Shown here piece by piece: positions 1 to 9,992 of a DNA stretch of 64,000 nt. How positions within the stretch are numbered: position 1 is the stretch's first letter; the number at the start of each line of letters is the position of its first letter. Under the pieces are notes generated by a model. The model did not search any database. It saw only the letters and a list, made by a program, of their open reading frames with translations, and was not told the origin of the DNA. The position numbers and the translations under genes are program-made. Source of the DNA: an uncultured bacterium (GTDB lineage: Bacteria > Armatimonadota > Hebobacteria > CAIYQO01). The stretch is taken from assembly GCA_964472305.1 (NCBI GenBank), contig CAYYJR010000001.1, positions 117,220 through 181,219 of the forward strand, given 5' to 3'.

Positions 1-744
1 CAGCGAGATAACGCGACGATCTTCGTTCAGGGTGTGAAAATGCGCGATCACCTCCCGCTCCGCCGTGGCGACCTTGACCGCCTGTACCGCGCCGAATAAC
101 TCGCCGATGAAACCGCTGACGATGCCCGACGCGCGGCGGCTGGCACGGCGATACTCCTCCACGCGCTTCGTCGAGGCAAAGGCAACCAGGCCAACGACGA
201 TGAACGGCAATATGGCATACAGCGTAATGGTGGCATTGATCTTCGTCATCACGACAACCGCCACCACGCAGAAGGCGATAAGCCCCAGCAGGTCGTTGAG
301 CCACAGCGCGAAGAGCGGCATCTCGAAGGCGTCCCCGCGGAAGCGGCTGATCGCCTCGCCCGGCGAGTCGGGCAGCGCCGCCGCGCCGGGACGGCGCAGG
401 ATGTGACGCAACAGGTTATGGCGCAACAGCGTCAGCGTATGCACGAAAAATGGCACATTGGACAGCACCAGGCCGAGTGCGCTCAATATGGTGACCGCCT
501 CGGTGGCGAAAAGGAACGCCACCAGTGTCCACACGCCGAACTGCGCGGGCGTCTTGCCGCTCAGTAAGTCGAAAAAAGCGCGGATCACCAGCCCCGGCAT
601 CTGGAGCGCGCCCATCATCACCAACATGGCCACCAGGTTGCCCAGCCAGTATCCAGGACGGAAACGAATCAACCGCCAGATGATTTTCCAAGTGGGCATT
701 ACTGCTTGCGGGACGCCGGGCAGGATCTCGGTCGAGGTGGTCAT
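1..744 (-). CDS. ABC transporter transmembrane/ATPase protein, N-terminal membrane-domain part (gene continues past window start)
   Basis: Minus-strand translation from ATG at 744-742 gives hydrophobic ABC-exporter TMD-like sequence (MTTSTEILPGV...WKIIWRLIRFRPGYWLGN...). There is a 4-nt ATGA overlap with the upstream ABC gene stop at 741. Confidence 0.65.
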   Translation of the reverse strand, partial: MTTSTEILPGVPQAVMPTWKIIWRLIRFRPGYWLGNLVAMLVMMGALQMPGLVIRAFFDLLSGKTPAQFGVWTLVAFLFATEAVTILSALGLVLSNVPFFVHTLTLLRHNLLRHILRRPGAAALPDSPGEAISRFRGDAFEMPLFALWLNDLLGLIAFCVVAVVVMTKINATITLYAILPFIVVGLVAFASTKRVEEYRRASRRASGIVSGFIGELFGAVQAVKVATAEREVIAHFHTLNEDRRVISL

Positions 745-2489
745 ACCAGCACCTCCTCGAGTCCGGTTTGATGCAGGGAGTAAAAGCGCGAGGCAGGATC
801 GGCAAGCAGCGCCTGTCGACCGCCATATTCCGCCACGCACCCCTCTTCCAGCACCAGCACGTCGTGCGCGCGGTGCAGCGTGCCCAGGCGGTGGGCGACG
901 ACGATGGCTGAGCGGTTGGCCAGCAGGTGGTCGATGGCACGCTCGATGAGTTGTTCCGTCGCCGGATCGAGCCGCGACGATGCTTCGTCGAGTATGACCA
1001 GCCCCGGATCGCGCAGGAAGACGCGGGTGAACGCCAGCAGTTGCGCCTCCCCGGCGGACAGGCTGCGTCCGCCGGTCTGCAGCCGCGTGTCCAGCCCCTC
1101 CGGCAATCCGGCAAACCAGTCGCTCAACTCCAGCGCGGCGATCACTTCCAGAATGCGCGCGTCGGGAATGTCGGGGTTGAAAAAGGTGATGTTGTCGCGC
1201 ACACTGGCTTGGAAGAGCTGCACGTCCTGGGTGACGAAGGCAACGCGGTGCCGCAGTTCCGCTAACGAGGCCTGGCGAATCTCCGTCCCGTGCAGGCGAA
1301 TGGCGCCATCGCGCTGGTCATACAGTCGAAAGATCAGCCGGGCGATGGTCGTCTTTCCGCTGCCGGTGCGGCCCAGTAGACCGAGTATTTTGCCTGGCGC
1401 CACATGGAAAGAGACTTCGCGCAGGATCGGCTGGTCCGCATGATAGGCGAAGCTCACCCGGTCGAACTCCAGCGACAGCGGTGTGCCGGTCGGCAAGCTG
1501 CTGCCGGGACCGTCCGCGATGCAACTGCGCTGGTGCAACAGCTCGGACATACGCTCCACCGTGGCTCCGATATTTTGGAGGCTTTCCACCTGTTGCGTCA
1601 ACTCGCGGATGGGGCGGGCAATCAATCCGGTATAATGCAGCACCAGATAGGCTGTCCCGATGGTGATCGCACCCGCGTGATAGAGCGAGAGTCCGAGGAC
1701 AAGGGCGGCACCAAACCCACACATCAGCAGCAGGCCGGCCGTGACGCGCACCAGTATGCTCATCAACGACGACTTGCGCCATAAACGGAAGATGCGCGCC
1801 ATCAACTGAAACAGCCGTCGCAGCACGAAATCGACCGCGCCCGCCGACCGCACGTCCTCGGTGCCCGCCAGCCGCTCTTCCAAAAAGCCGAACAGGTCGG
1901 TGGCAGCGTCGCGATGCGCTTTTTGATAGGGAATGGCTACGTTGCGCACGGCGTTGAGCCCGATGAGAGTGATGATGGCAAAGAGCGTGAAGAGCGCACC
2001 CAGGTCGCGGTGAATCAAGAAGAAGGCGATGAGAATACCGAGCAAGAGCAGCAGATTGCCAGCCACGCGCAGCGCCATTTGCGAGAAAAAGTTGGCGAAG
2101 TCCAGGCAATCACCCTCGATGCGCTCGATGAATTCTCCCGGGCTGCGTTCGTGATGAAACTGCATGTCCAACCGCAGGCAGTGCGTTGCCAATTCTTCGC
2201 GCAGCGCGTTGGTGGCGACCCACCCTACGGATTCGCCCACGTAGGCGGCGGAGACCGCCACCCCCTGTTGCAGCAACGCGAGGGTGATAAACGCGATGGC
2301 CAGCTTCAGCAATATGGGCAGCGGCAGATCAGCCCCCGCCGCGTCGATGAAGTCGCGCAGGTTCAGCGGATTGCCCACCTGCAACCCGATGCTGATGAAG
2401 ATTAGCACTGCCAGCAATACCGCGCGCCCCCGTTGCGGGCGCAGGTAGCGCGCCAGGATCTCATAATATTGCCGCAGGGAAATATTCAT
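741..2489 (-). CDS. ABC transporter permease/ATP-binding fusion protein (type I exporter, MsbA-like)
   Basis: 582-aa ORF with an N-terminal 6-TM region, Walker A (GRTGSGKTT), ABC signature (LSAGEAQL), Walker B (ILDEA) and H-loop. Tandem with the preceding ABC gene suggests a heterodimeric exporter. Confidence 0.9.
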   Translation of the reverse strand: MNISLRQYYEILARYLRPQRGRAVLLAVLIFISIGLQVGNPLNLRDFIDAAGADLPLPILLKLAIAFITLALLQQGVAVSAAYVGESVGWVATNALREELATHCLRLDMQFHHERSPGEFIERIEGDCLDFANFFSQMALRVAGNLLLLLGILIAFFLIHRDLGALFTLFAIITLIGLNAVRNVAIPYQKAHRDAATDLFGFLEERLAGTEDVRSAGAVDFVLRRLFQLMARIFRLWRKSSLMSILVRVTAGLLLMCGFGAALVLGLSLYHAGAITIGTAYLVLHYTGLIARPIRELTQQVESLQNIGATVERMSELLHQRSCIADGPGSSLPTGTPLSLEFDRVSFAYHADQPILREVSFHVAPGKILGLLGRTGSGKTTIARLIFRLYDQRDGAIRLHGTEIRQASLAELRHRVAFVTQDVQLFQASVRDNITFFNPDIPDARILEVIAALELSDWFAGLPEGLDTRLQTGGRSLSAGEAQLLAFTRVFLRDPGLVILDEASSRLDPATEQLIERAIDHLLANRSAIVVAHRLGTLHRAHDVLVLEEGCVAEYGGRQALLADPASRFYSLHQTGLEEVLV

Positions 2490-3162
2490 GGATGCTACTC
2501 GAGATCGTCCGGCACCCGGTGGTGCTGAACGTCATTCACACTTATCTTTATCTTCGCTTACGTTGCGGGCGATACCTTTCCGACATGGTGTACAATCATC
2601 AGGCAATTGGCATGGCCGGTGATACCCGGGATTTGAACATTTGTCAAGGTTCGAACCTGCGGGAAACAGGCTCGGTACCTGAATGCGGGAATAATATTAA
2701 CCTGCGTTATGCATCATACTTCGAATAATGTCACAGCCAGTTCGGCAATCCTGTAACGCATGCGCGTGACCAATGAGCGGGCCCGCTCGGTATGGTGGTT
2801 TCACGAAGGCCGCGATGGTGGGGAGAAGGGCGATTCCGGTTCGCGGGTCTCAACCACCGGACCGGGCACTCAAGTTGACAAGCCAGACAACGGTCGGATG
2901 ATGACGCAATCCGTATAAATCGGAACTATTATGCTTAAAATGTGCTGTGGTTACTGGTGTATAAGCGAAGAATTACTGATATAATAATTATGCCGTGTGC
3001 AACTTTTACACATGATCAATCAATAGTAAAGCTTTCTCACGGTGATGCAATCAGTTAGCGATTATCTTAATCGTGTAACTGTTGATTTTCTTGCTGACTA
3101 CTGTTATGCTATATATCGACAAAATCCACTCATACTTGTACCAGCAATGGAGGAATACACAG

Positions 3163-3615
3163 ATGTCCACCATCGATACGATGAACCTCAACGAAATTGA
3201 GGCAACGATAACCGAACTCCGCACTCGGCGTAAAGCATTGAAATCATCGCATCTCACCGCCCAGCGGAAAATCGTTTCACTGGCGCGACGCCGTGAGCGC
3301 CTGATGCAGCAAGTGCATGTGCTCGATGAGCAGATTATTCGACTTCGCGGGAATAACCAGCAGGAGACCGTGACGGACCGACCGCAACCGTCAGCACAGC
3401 AGCGGCGCACCCGTCGGACCCAGACGGACATCACCCAATGTCTGGAAGCCATCATGACCTGCGTCCAGCATCATACGATCACCCAGCGCGCGACGATTAT
3501 TGCGGAGTGTGGACTGTCACCCGCCAATGCGTCAGCGTATCTGCGCCAACTCTGCAAGGCCGGAAAATTGATTCGCCGCGGTGAAAAGCGTGCGACAACC
3601 TATACGTTGCGATAA
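3163..3615 (+). CDS. hypothetical small protein with coiled-coil N-terminus and C-terminal winged-helix-like segment
   Basis: ORF 3082..3615 with probable start MSTIDTMNL at 3163. The C-terminus (IIAECGLSPANASAYLRQLCKAGKLIRRGEKRATTYTLR) looks HTH/wHTH. GC is lower than the flank, and an AT-rich promoter-like region lies upstream. Confidence 0.45.
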   Translation: MSTIDTMNLNEIEATITELRTRRKALKSSHLTAQRKIVSLARRRERLMQQVHVLDEQIIRLRGNNQQETVTDRPQPSAQQRRTRRTQTDITQCLEAIMTCVQHHTITQRATIIAECGLSPANASAYLRQLCKAGKLIRRGEKRATTYTLR

Positions 3616-4322
3616 TGTGGTGAAGCTGTCCGGTATCGCTGATATCTTCGCTGGCGAATGCAGGCGGTTTCAGTTCAAGCCGTAACCGCTGCGCGTGGTC
3701 CCGCGTACAAGTAATATCTTCAAGCGGCTTGGCGACATCACATAATAATCGCAAAGTGTGATAGCACAACAATAATGGGGCCTGGTCGTGCAGCGATGCC
3801 TCCCCGAGCGGGGAAGTCGTAAACGACCGATGCGTTCGCGACGGATGAAGCGTCGCGCAGTCGACACGGTATGCGCTGGGAGACAGGCTCGGATAGGGGG
3901 CAACGCAATCGAATCGATAGTCAGCAATCCTGACACCCTGCTGCGATGCCGGCCCGAATCCGAGTGGTTTATCACCGGCGGTTGAACGTTCCCCATCAGG
4001 GAGGGTATCCGCAGCGCGGGGAGATGGCTCCCCAAGTATTCGACGCCGCATCACCAGGGGCGCGTAGCCCGATTGGATGTGGGGAGTTAGGTTTTACCCG
4101 AAGAGGCGGGGCGATGAACCGACGGGGACGTTGGCATCGACCTCGCCTCTTCGCCGTTTGGTTTGGGATTCGTATTGGTGAATCACCAACACGGGTTGAT
4201 ATTGCCGGTCATGCAATATTCAATGCACGCCGCCGGCGATGTTGATGACAACATCAATACTCTACCGGGAACCGTGCCGCGGATAGGGAAATAAGGATCT
4301 GCCCCATCCGCGGTACGCACCG

Positions 4323-5790
4323 CTACGGCACCGGGTAGAACAGGTGATTCTGCAAATCATACAAATTGGTGCTGGTGACTTCCTTTACCCGTACCACCAG
4401 CGGAAAGGTGCCTGCCGTACTGGGAGTCCAGGCGATGGTATTCGAACTGCTGTAGTCCCGCAACAGTGTCCAGATAGTGGCGGTGGGATCACCCACCCAG
4501 AACTGGTAGCGCAGGTTGTAGCCGTCCGTCGCCTGCGCCGTCACTGTGCTCGCGTTCCCGACTGTACCGGTCGACGGCGTCACCACCAGCTTGACAGCGG
4601 AGAGCGGCATGCCGGTGTTGCTGATGACATAGCTCTGCTGCGCCTGGATCGCCGGATTCTGGGTGGTGCCGGTCTCCCGCGCGAGGACTTGCAGGCTATA
4701 GGTATCCGCCGTTGTCGGCGTCCAGCTCACCGAGGGGAAGGTCGCGTAGCTCTGCAGCACGGTCGGTACACCCGCGCTGGTAGTGGCGACAAACTGATAC
4801 TGCACCGCCGTCCCGCCGACCGGAGTGGCGGTGAGCGTGACCGTTGTGTTGGTCGGTTGGGGTGACGTGGGTGACGTACTGAGCGACACCCCGCTCAATG
4901 CGGTGGTGACCACCGGATAGAACAGATGGTTCTGCAAGTCATACATTTTAGTACTGGTTGCCTCTTTCACCCGCACCACCAGCGGGAAAGTGCCCGCCGT
5001 GCCGGGGGTCCAGGCGAGGGTGTTCGAACTGCTGTAATCTTGTAGCAGCGTCCAGTTGGTGGCGGTGGGATCACCCACCCAGAACTGGTAGCGAAGATTG
5101 TCGCCGCCCGTCGCCTGCGCCGTCACTGTGCTCGCATTCCCCACCGTACCGGTCGACGGCGTCACCACCAGCTTGACAGCGGTGAGCGGCATGCCGGTGT
5201 TGCTGATGACATAGCTTTGCTGCGCCTGGATCGTCGGATTCTGGGTGGTGCCGGTCTCCCGCGCGAGGACTTGCAGGCTATAGGTATCCGCCGTTGTCGG
5301 CGTCCAGCTCACCGAGGGGAAGGTCGCGTAGCTCTGCAGCACGGTCGGTACACCCGCGCTGGTAGTGGCGACAAACTGATACTGCACCGCCGTCCCGCCG
5401 ACCGGAGTGGCGGTGAGCGTGACCGTTGTGTTGGTCGGTTGGGGTGACGTGGGTGACGTACTGAGCGACACCCCGCTCAATGTGGTGGTAACCACCGGAT
5501 AGAACAGGTGGTTCTGCAAGTCATACATTTTGGTGCTGGTTGCCTCTTTCACCCGCACCACCAGCGGGAAGGTGCCTGCCGTGCCGGGGGTCCAGGCGAT
5601 CGAGCTTGTCGTACTGTAATCCCGCAGCAGCGTCCAGTAGGTGGCAGTGGAATCCCCGACCCAGAACTGGTAGCGCAGATCGCTGCCCCCCGTCGCCTGC
5701 GCCGTCACGGTGGTCGGCTGATTGGCGACACCGGTCGCGGGCGTAACGCCAACCGTGAGACTGGTCAGCGGTAACGTGCCGGGAGTCGTC
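4323..5790 (-). repeat. about 2.5 copies of a 582-bp tandem repeat inside the peptidase gene (194-aa unit of two Y_Y_Y-like domains)
   Basis: Plus-strand antisense ORFs 4635..4865 and 5217..5447 encode an identical 76-aa peptide at an offset of exactly 582 nt. The protein repeat units are nearly identical (a few substitutions), and the last copy is truncated. Confidence 0.85.
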
Positions 5791-6878
5791 ACACTGGCAT
5801 TGCTGGTGAGCGAATCCCCGTTATGCGGATTGTTGTTGTGCATCCGCACGTGATAAGTATATGTTGTTGCCGGCATGACCGCGGTATCACGATATGCGGT
5901 GGTGCCGGCTGCCAACGTCGCGAGATCCCCCGCGCCATCCCGCGATACGATTATCGGATCTACCGAATCCTGATTGACGCTCCACGCGAGTGCCACCGCG
6001 GTAGAAGAAGTGGCCTGCGCCGTGAGACCGGTCGGCGATGGGGTGCGCGTATAGGCCAGAAACGTTACCGCGGTGCCATTCACGATGCCGTTTTGCGGAG
6101 ACCAGCCACCCTGGTTATGGTAATAGTAGGCGATGCCATCGACGAAGATCGGTCCTTGTGTCACGGATAAGACAGTATTATCCGGGAGATACCCAATAAT
6201 TGTGCTGCCGGGGGTTGAGTAGAACGGCAATTTCCCCCCGCCGTTCTGCGTAATGACCCAACAGGGTAAGGGTTCAAACGTAGCGGTAGGCAGTCCGCCG
6301 GTTTTGAACAGATTGCTGCCGTAAATCCAGCGGTTGGGATCGCCAAAGCGATCCTGGAAGCGGACGTTATCCTCGTGTGACGGATCATTGACATACAGAT
6401 CGTTCCCGGAGTAGGCGGTCAGCACGACGAAATGGATATTGGCCTCGTTCTGTCCAATCCGTGTTTCAAGCACGACCGGCAGATTCTGGTCGATCAGCGA
6501 TTTCAAATAGGTGAGATCGGGTGGAGTCGGTTGCCAGGTTCGGCTTTCCACCCAGGCCAATTGCACCGTGTTGGGATAATAGGTCATGACCGGCCATTGG
6601 GGTATATACGGACCATGAAATCCCCCGTTCCCCCGCAGCCAATCACATAACGTGCCAGGATCCAGCGCCACCCCGAGATAAGCCAGCGCCATCGCCCCCG
6701 AGGTGACGCCGCATCCCCAACTCGTCATGGTATAGCCGGGATCCCCCAGCGTTTTGGTCGCCCAGCGTGGATCGTTCTGCAGAAACTTCGGCACATTCAA
6801 CGAGCCCGCGTGGACCAGGGCTGTTGACAGGATGCAGAGGGTCAGCAGCGTCCCGACGACGCGTATGAATCCTCTCAT
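4323..6878 (-). CDS. secreted multidomain protein: signal peptide, papain-like C39-type peptidase domain (PF13529-like), SH3b-like, FN3, then five Y_Y_Y-like beta-sandwich domains
   Basis: 851-aa ORF. N-terminal signal (MRGFIRVVGTLLTLCILSTALVHA). A Q..D..W...GCGVTSGAMALAYLG catalytic-Cys motif with a later IHFVVL His. FN3-like PTGLTAQATSSTAVALAW. A repeated LRYQFWVGD...W motif typical of Y_Y_Y domains. Confidence 0.8.
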   Translation of the reverse strand: MRGFIRVVGTLLTLCILSTALVHAGSLNVPKFLQNDPRWATKTLGDPGYTMTSWGCGVTSGAMALAYLGVALDPGTLCDWLRGNGGFHGPYIPQWPVMTYYPNTVQLAWVESRTWQPTPPDLTYLKSLIDQNLPVVLETRIGQNEANIHFVVLTAYSGNDLYVNDPSHEDNVRFQDRFGDPNRWIYGSNLFKTGGLPTATFEPLPCWVITQNGGGKLPFYSTPGSTIIGYLPDNTVLSVTQGPIFVDGIAYYYHNQGGWSPQNGIVNGTAVTFLAYTRTPSPTGLTAQATSSTAVALAWSVNQDSVDPIIVSRDGAGDLATLAAGTTAYRDTAVMPATTYTYHVRMHNNNPHNGDSLTSNASVTTPGTLPLTSLTVGVTPATGVANQPTTVTAQATGGSDLRYQFWVGDSTATYWTLLRDYSTTSSIAWTPGTAGTFPLVVRVKEATSTKMYDLQNHLFYPVVTTTLSGVSLSTSPTSPQPTNTTVTLTATPVGGTAVQYQFVATTSAGVPTVLQSYATFPSVSWTPTTADTYSLQVLARETGTTQNPTIQAQQSYVISNTGMPLTAVKLVVTPSTGTVGNASTVTAQATGGDNLRYQFWVGDPTATNWTLLQDYSSSNTLAWTPGTAGTFPLVVRVKEATSTKMYDLQNHLFYPVVTTALSGVSLSTSPTSPQPTNTTVTLTATPVGGTAVQYQFVATTSAGVPTVLQSYATFPSVSWTPTTADTYSLQVLARETGTTQNPAIQAQQSYVISNTGMPLSAVKLVVTPSTGTVGNASTVTAQATDGYNLRYQFWVGDPTATIWTLLRDYSSSNTIAWTPSTAGTFPLVVRVKEVTSTNLYDLQNHLFYPVP

Positions 6879-7200
6879 TGCGATTCCTCCTCCTCAATTG
6901 ACGACCGGTTGAGACCGCGAGTTCGACTATCCGGACACCCGGACAGCCATCGCAGACAACCCGGATGAGGATTATCCTCATACCGGAGTTATTTATCCTG
7001 TTTCATCGCAATACTGGTCGTTGATCTCTCTATATTTGAACCAATCGCCGCACTATCCACACCTGGAATCCCCACACATGCTGCCGGGCATGTCGCATCA
7101 TCTGACGCGCAGCGTCAACTTGCCGTCAACAGCAACCGGTCGCCGCATTGCCGCGCATCCGTCGAAATAACACTGCGCCCAAGGTATCCACACCAACAGC

Positions 7201-7237
7201 AAAACGGCTCTGAATCTTGTGATTCAGAGCCGTTTTT
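7201..7237. terminator. perfect 16-bp palindromic hairpin flanked by A/T runs; bidirectional intrinsic terminator downstream of the tRNA operon
   Basis: aaaacggctctgaatc ttgt gattcagagccgtttt followed by t. Confidence 0.7.
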
Positions 7238-7249
7238 ACGCTCGAAAGT

Positions 7250-7325
7250 TGGTACGCCCGGCAGGGATCGAACCTGCGGCCTCTAGGTCCGCAACCTAGC
7301 GCTCTATCCGCTGAGCTACGGGCGC
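7250..7325 (-). tRNA. tRNA-Arg (anticodon reads GCG on my parse)
   Basis: 76-nt cloverleaf on the minus strand: GCGCCCG-TA-GCTC-AGCGGATA-GAGC-G-CTAGG-TTGCGGA-CCTAG-AGGCC-GCAGG-TTCGATC-CCTGC-CGGGCGT-A-CCA. Confidence 0.75.
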
Positions 7326-7343
7326 ATCATCGTATAAACTTGC

Positions 7344-7440
7344 TGGCGGAGAGGCCGGGATTCGAACCCGGGAAGAGAATTTAAAGTTCCCTTACCCGCT
7401 TAGCAGGCGGGCGCCTTCAGCCTGACTCGGCCACCTCTCC
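7344..7440 (-). tRNA. tRNA-Ser (anticodon GCT), long variable arm
   Basis: Minus strand GGAGAGG...CCCGC-CTGCTAA-GCGGG...long variable arm...CCGGG-TTCGAAT-CCCGG-CCTCTCC-G-CCA. Confidence 0.75.
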
Positions 7441-7498
7441 GCGCGACAGTTCATTGTACCAGATCGCGCCGCCGCTGGCAATACGCGGGACACGATAC

Positions 7499-7574
7499 TG
7501 GAGCCACCGGTCGGATTCGAACCGACGACCTGCGGTTTACGAAACCGCTGCTCTGCCAGCTGAGCTACGGTGGC
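7499..7574 (-). tRNA. tRNA-Thr (anticodon CGT)
   Basis: Minus strand GCCACCG-TA-GCTC-AGCTGGCA-GAGC-A-GCGGT-TTCGTAA-ACCGC-AGGTC-GTCGG-TTCGAAT-CCGAC-CGGTGGC-T-CCA. Confidence 0.8.
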
Positions 7575-7740
7575 CCACACGAAGTCCGCCAATCAAGGAC
7601 TGGCGGACGGGATGCAGTATACCGAAGTCGCCGCGCGCTGTCAATATTGCTTTGTCACCTTGTCGGCGTCGCGGGGAAAATATTGCATGGGGGAAAAGTA
7701 CAGGGGCGTTACGGCGCGGTTCGTGCCGCCGCTGGTATGC

Positions 7741-7774
7741 GACGACGGCCCCGACTGACGTCGGGGCCGTCGTG
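7741..7774 (-). terminator. 15-bp perfect stem hairpin just downstream of the groEL stop
   Basis: gacgacggccccgac tgac gtcggggccgtcgtg. No strong T-tract follows, so terminator function is inferred from position. Confidence 0.5.
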
Positions 7775-7794
7775 GTGCGGGTTGGCCGTGCGAA

Positions 7795-9471
<1,677 letters not shown>

Positions 9472-9528
9472 TCAGTCAGATACAGAGAGGCGCGGTGGTC
9501 ACGCGAGGACGTGACGCACCCGGCGCCA

Positions 9529-9807
9529 TTATTTCGCCGCCAGGACGCTGTCCCAGTCCATGATGACGTAGTCGACGCCATCGTGCGTGAGTTCGGTGCC
9601 GCCGTACTTGCTGTAGATGACGGTGTCGCCGATTTTGAAGAACGGCGTCGTCTCTTTGCCGTCCACGATCTTGCCGCGGCCGATCGCGACAACTTCGCCT
9701 TCCGTCGATTTCTTCTTCGCGGTGTCAGGCAGGATGATCCCGCTTGACGTCTTCTCTTCCGCTTCGGCTGGCTTGATCATGACCTTTTCGTCGCCAACTT
9801 TGAGCAT
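9529..9807 (-). CDS. groS: co-chaperonin GroES (Cpn10)
   Basis: Start chosen at MLKVGDEKVMIKP with RBS GGAGG upstream; the track ORF extends further 5' to 9858. GroES family sequence. It lies 70 nt upstream of groEL. Confidence 0.9.
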   Translation of the reverse strand: MLKVGDEKVMIKPAEAEEKTSSGIILPDTAKKKSTEGEVVAIGRGKIVDGKETTPFFKIGDTVIYSKYGGTELTHDGVDYVIMDWDSVLAAK

Positions 9808-9879
9808 GGGTAGAACCTCCTTATCGGAATTACACGGTGTGAGTATGATGGCGGTCACGCAACGGCGACCGCCGTCGTG

Positions 9880-9906
9880 TTAGCACTCGGCAGTTGCGAG
9901 TGCTAA
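9880..9906. promoter_or_regulatory. CIRCE operator (HrcA binding site), perfect match to TTAGCACTC-N9-GAGTGCTAA
   Basis: ttagcactc ggcagttgc gagtgctaa, located between the predicted promoter and the groES start. An extra half-site gagtgctaa sits at 9951-9959. Confidence 0.9.
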
Positions 9907-9917
9907 ATACAGGGGTT

Positions 9918-9945
9918 ATTATAGCAGGGATTTTAGCAGTGTCAA
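9918..9945 (-). promoter_or_regulatory. sigma-A type promoter for groES-groEL (TTGACA-N16-TATAAT on minus strand)
   Basis: Minus-strand read: TTGACA (plus 9940-9945) then a 16-nt spacer then TATAAT (plus 9918-9923), immediately upstream of CIRCE. Confidence 0.6.
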
Positions 9946-9992
9946 GGGGAGAGTGCTAAAAAAATTGGAGTATTGTCGAAGGAATCGCTGTG

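Noticed and set aside
2600-2670. Possible fourth tRNA gene in the AT-rich tract
   Set aside because: T-arm-like and acceptor-like pieces are present but do not fold into a complete cloverleaf. I treat them as fragments, reported as a finding, not as a gene.
3616-4322. tmRNA, RNase P RNA or SRP RNA in the ORF-poor segment
   Set aside because: Searched by eye for conserved cores (RNase P P4 GGAAAGUCCGG, the tmRNA tRNA-like 3' end, the SRP GGUGCUGUUU...AGGUCAGG). None is present on either strand.
4323-5790. Tandem repeats considered as a CRISPR array or IS
   Set aside because: The period is 582 bp and the repeats are in-frame protein domains (Y_Y_Y-like). There is no short repeat/spacer structure and no transposase.
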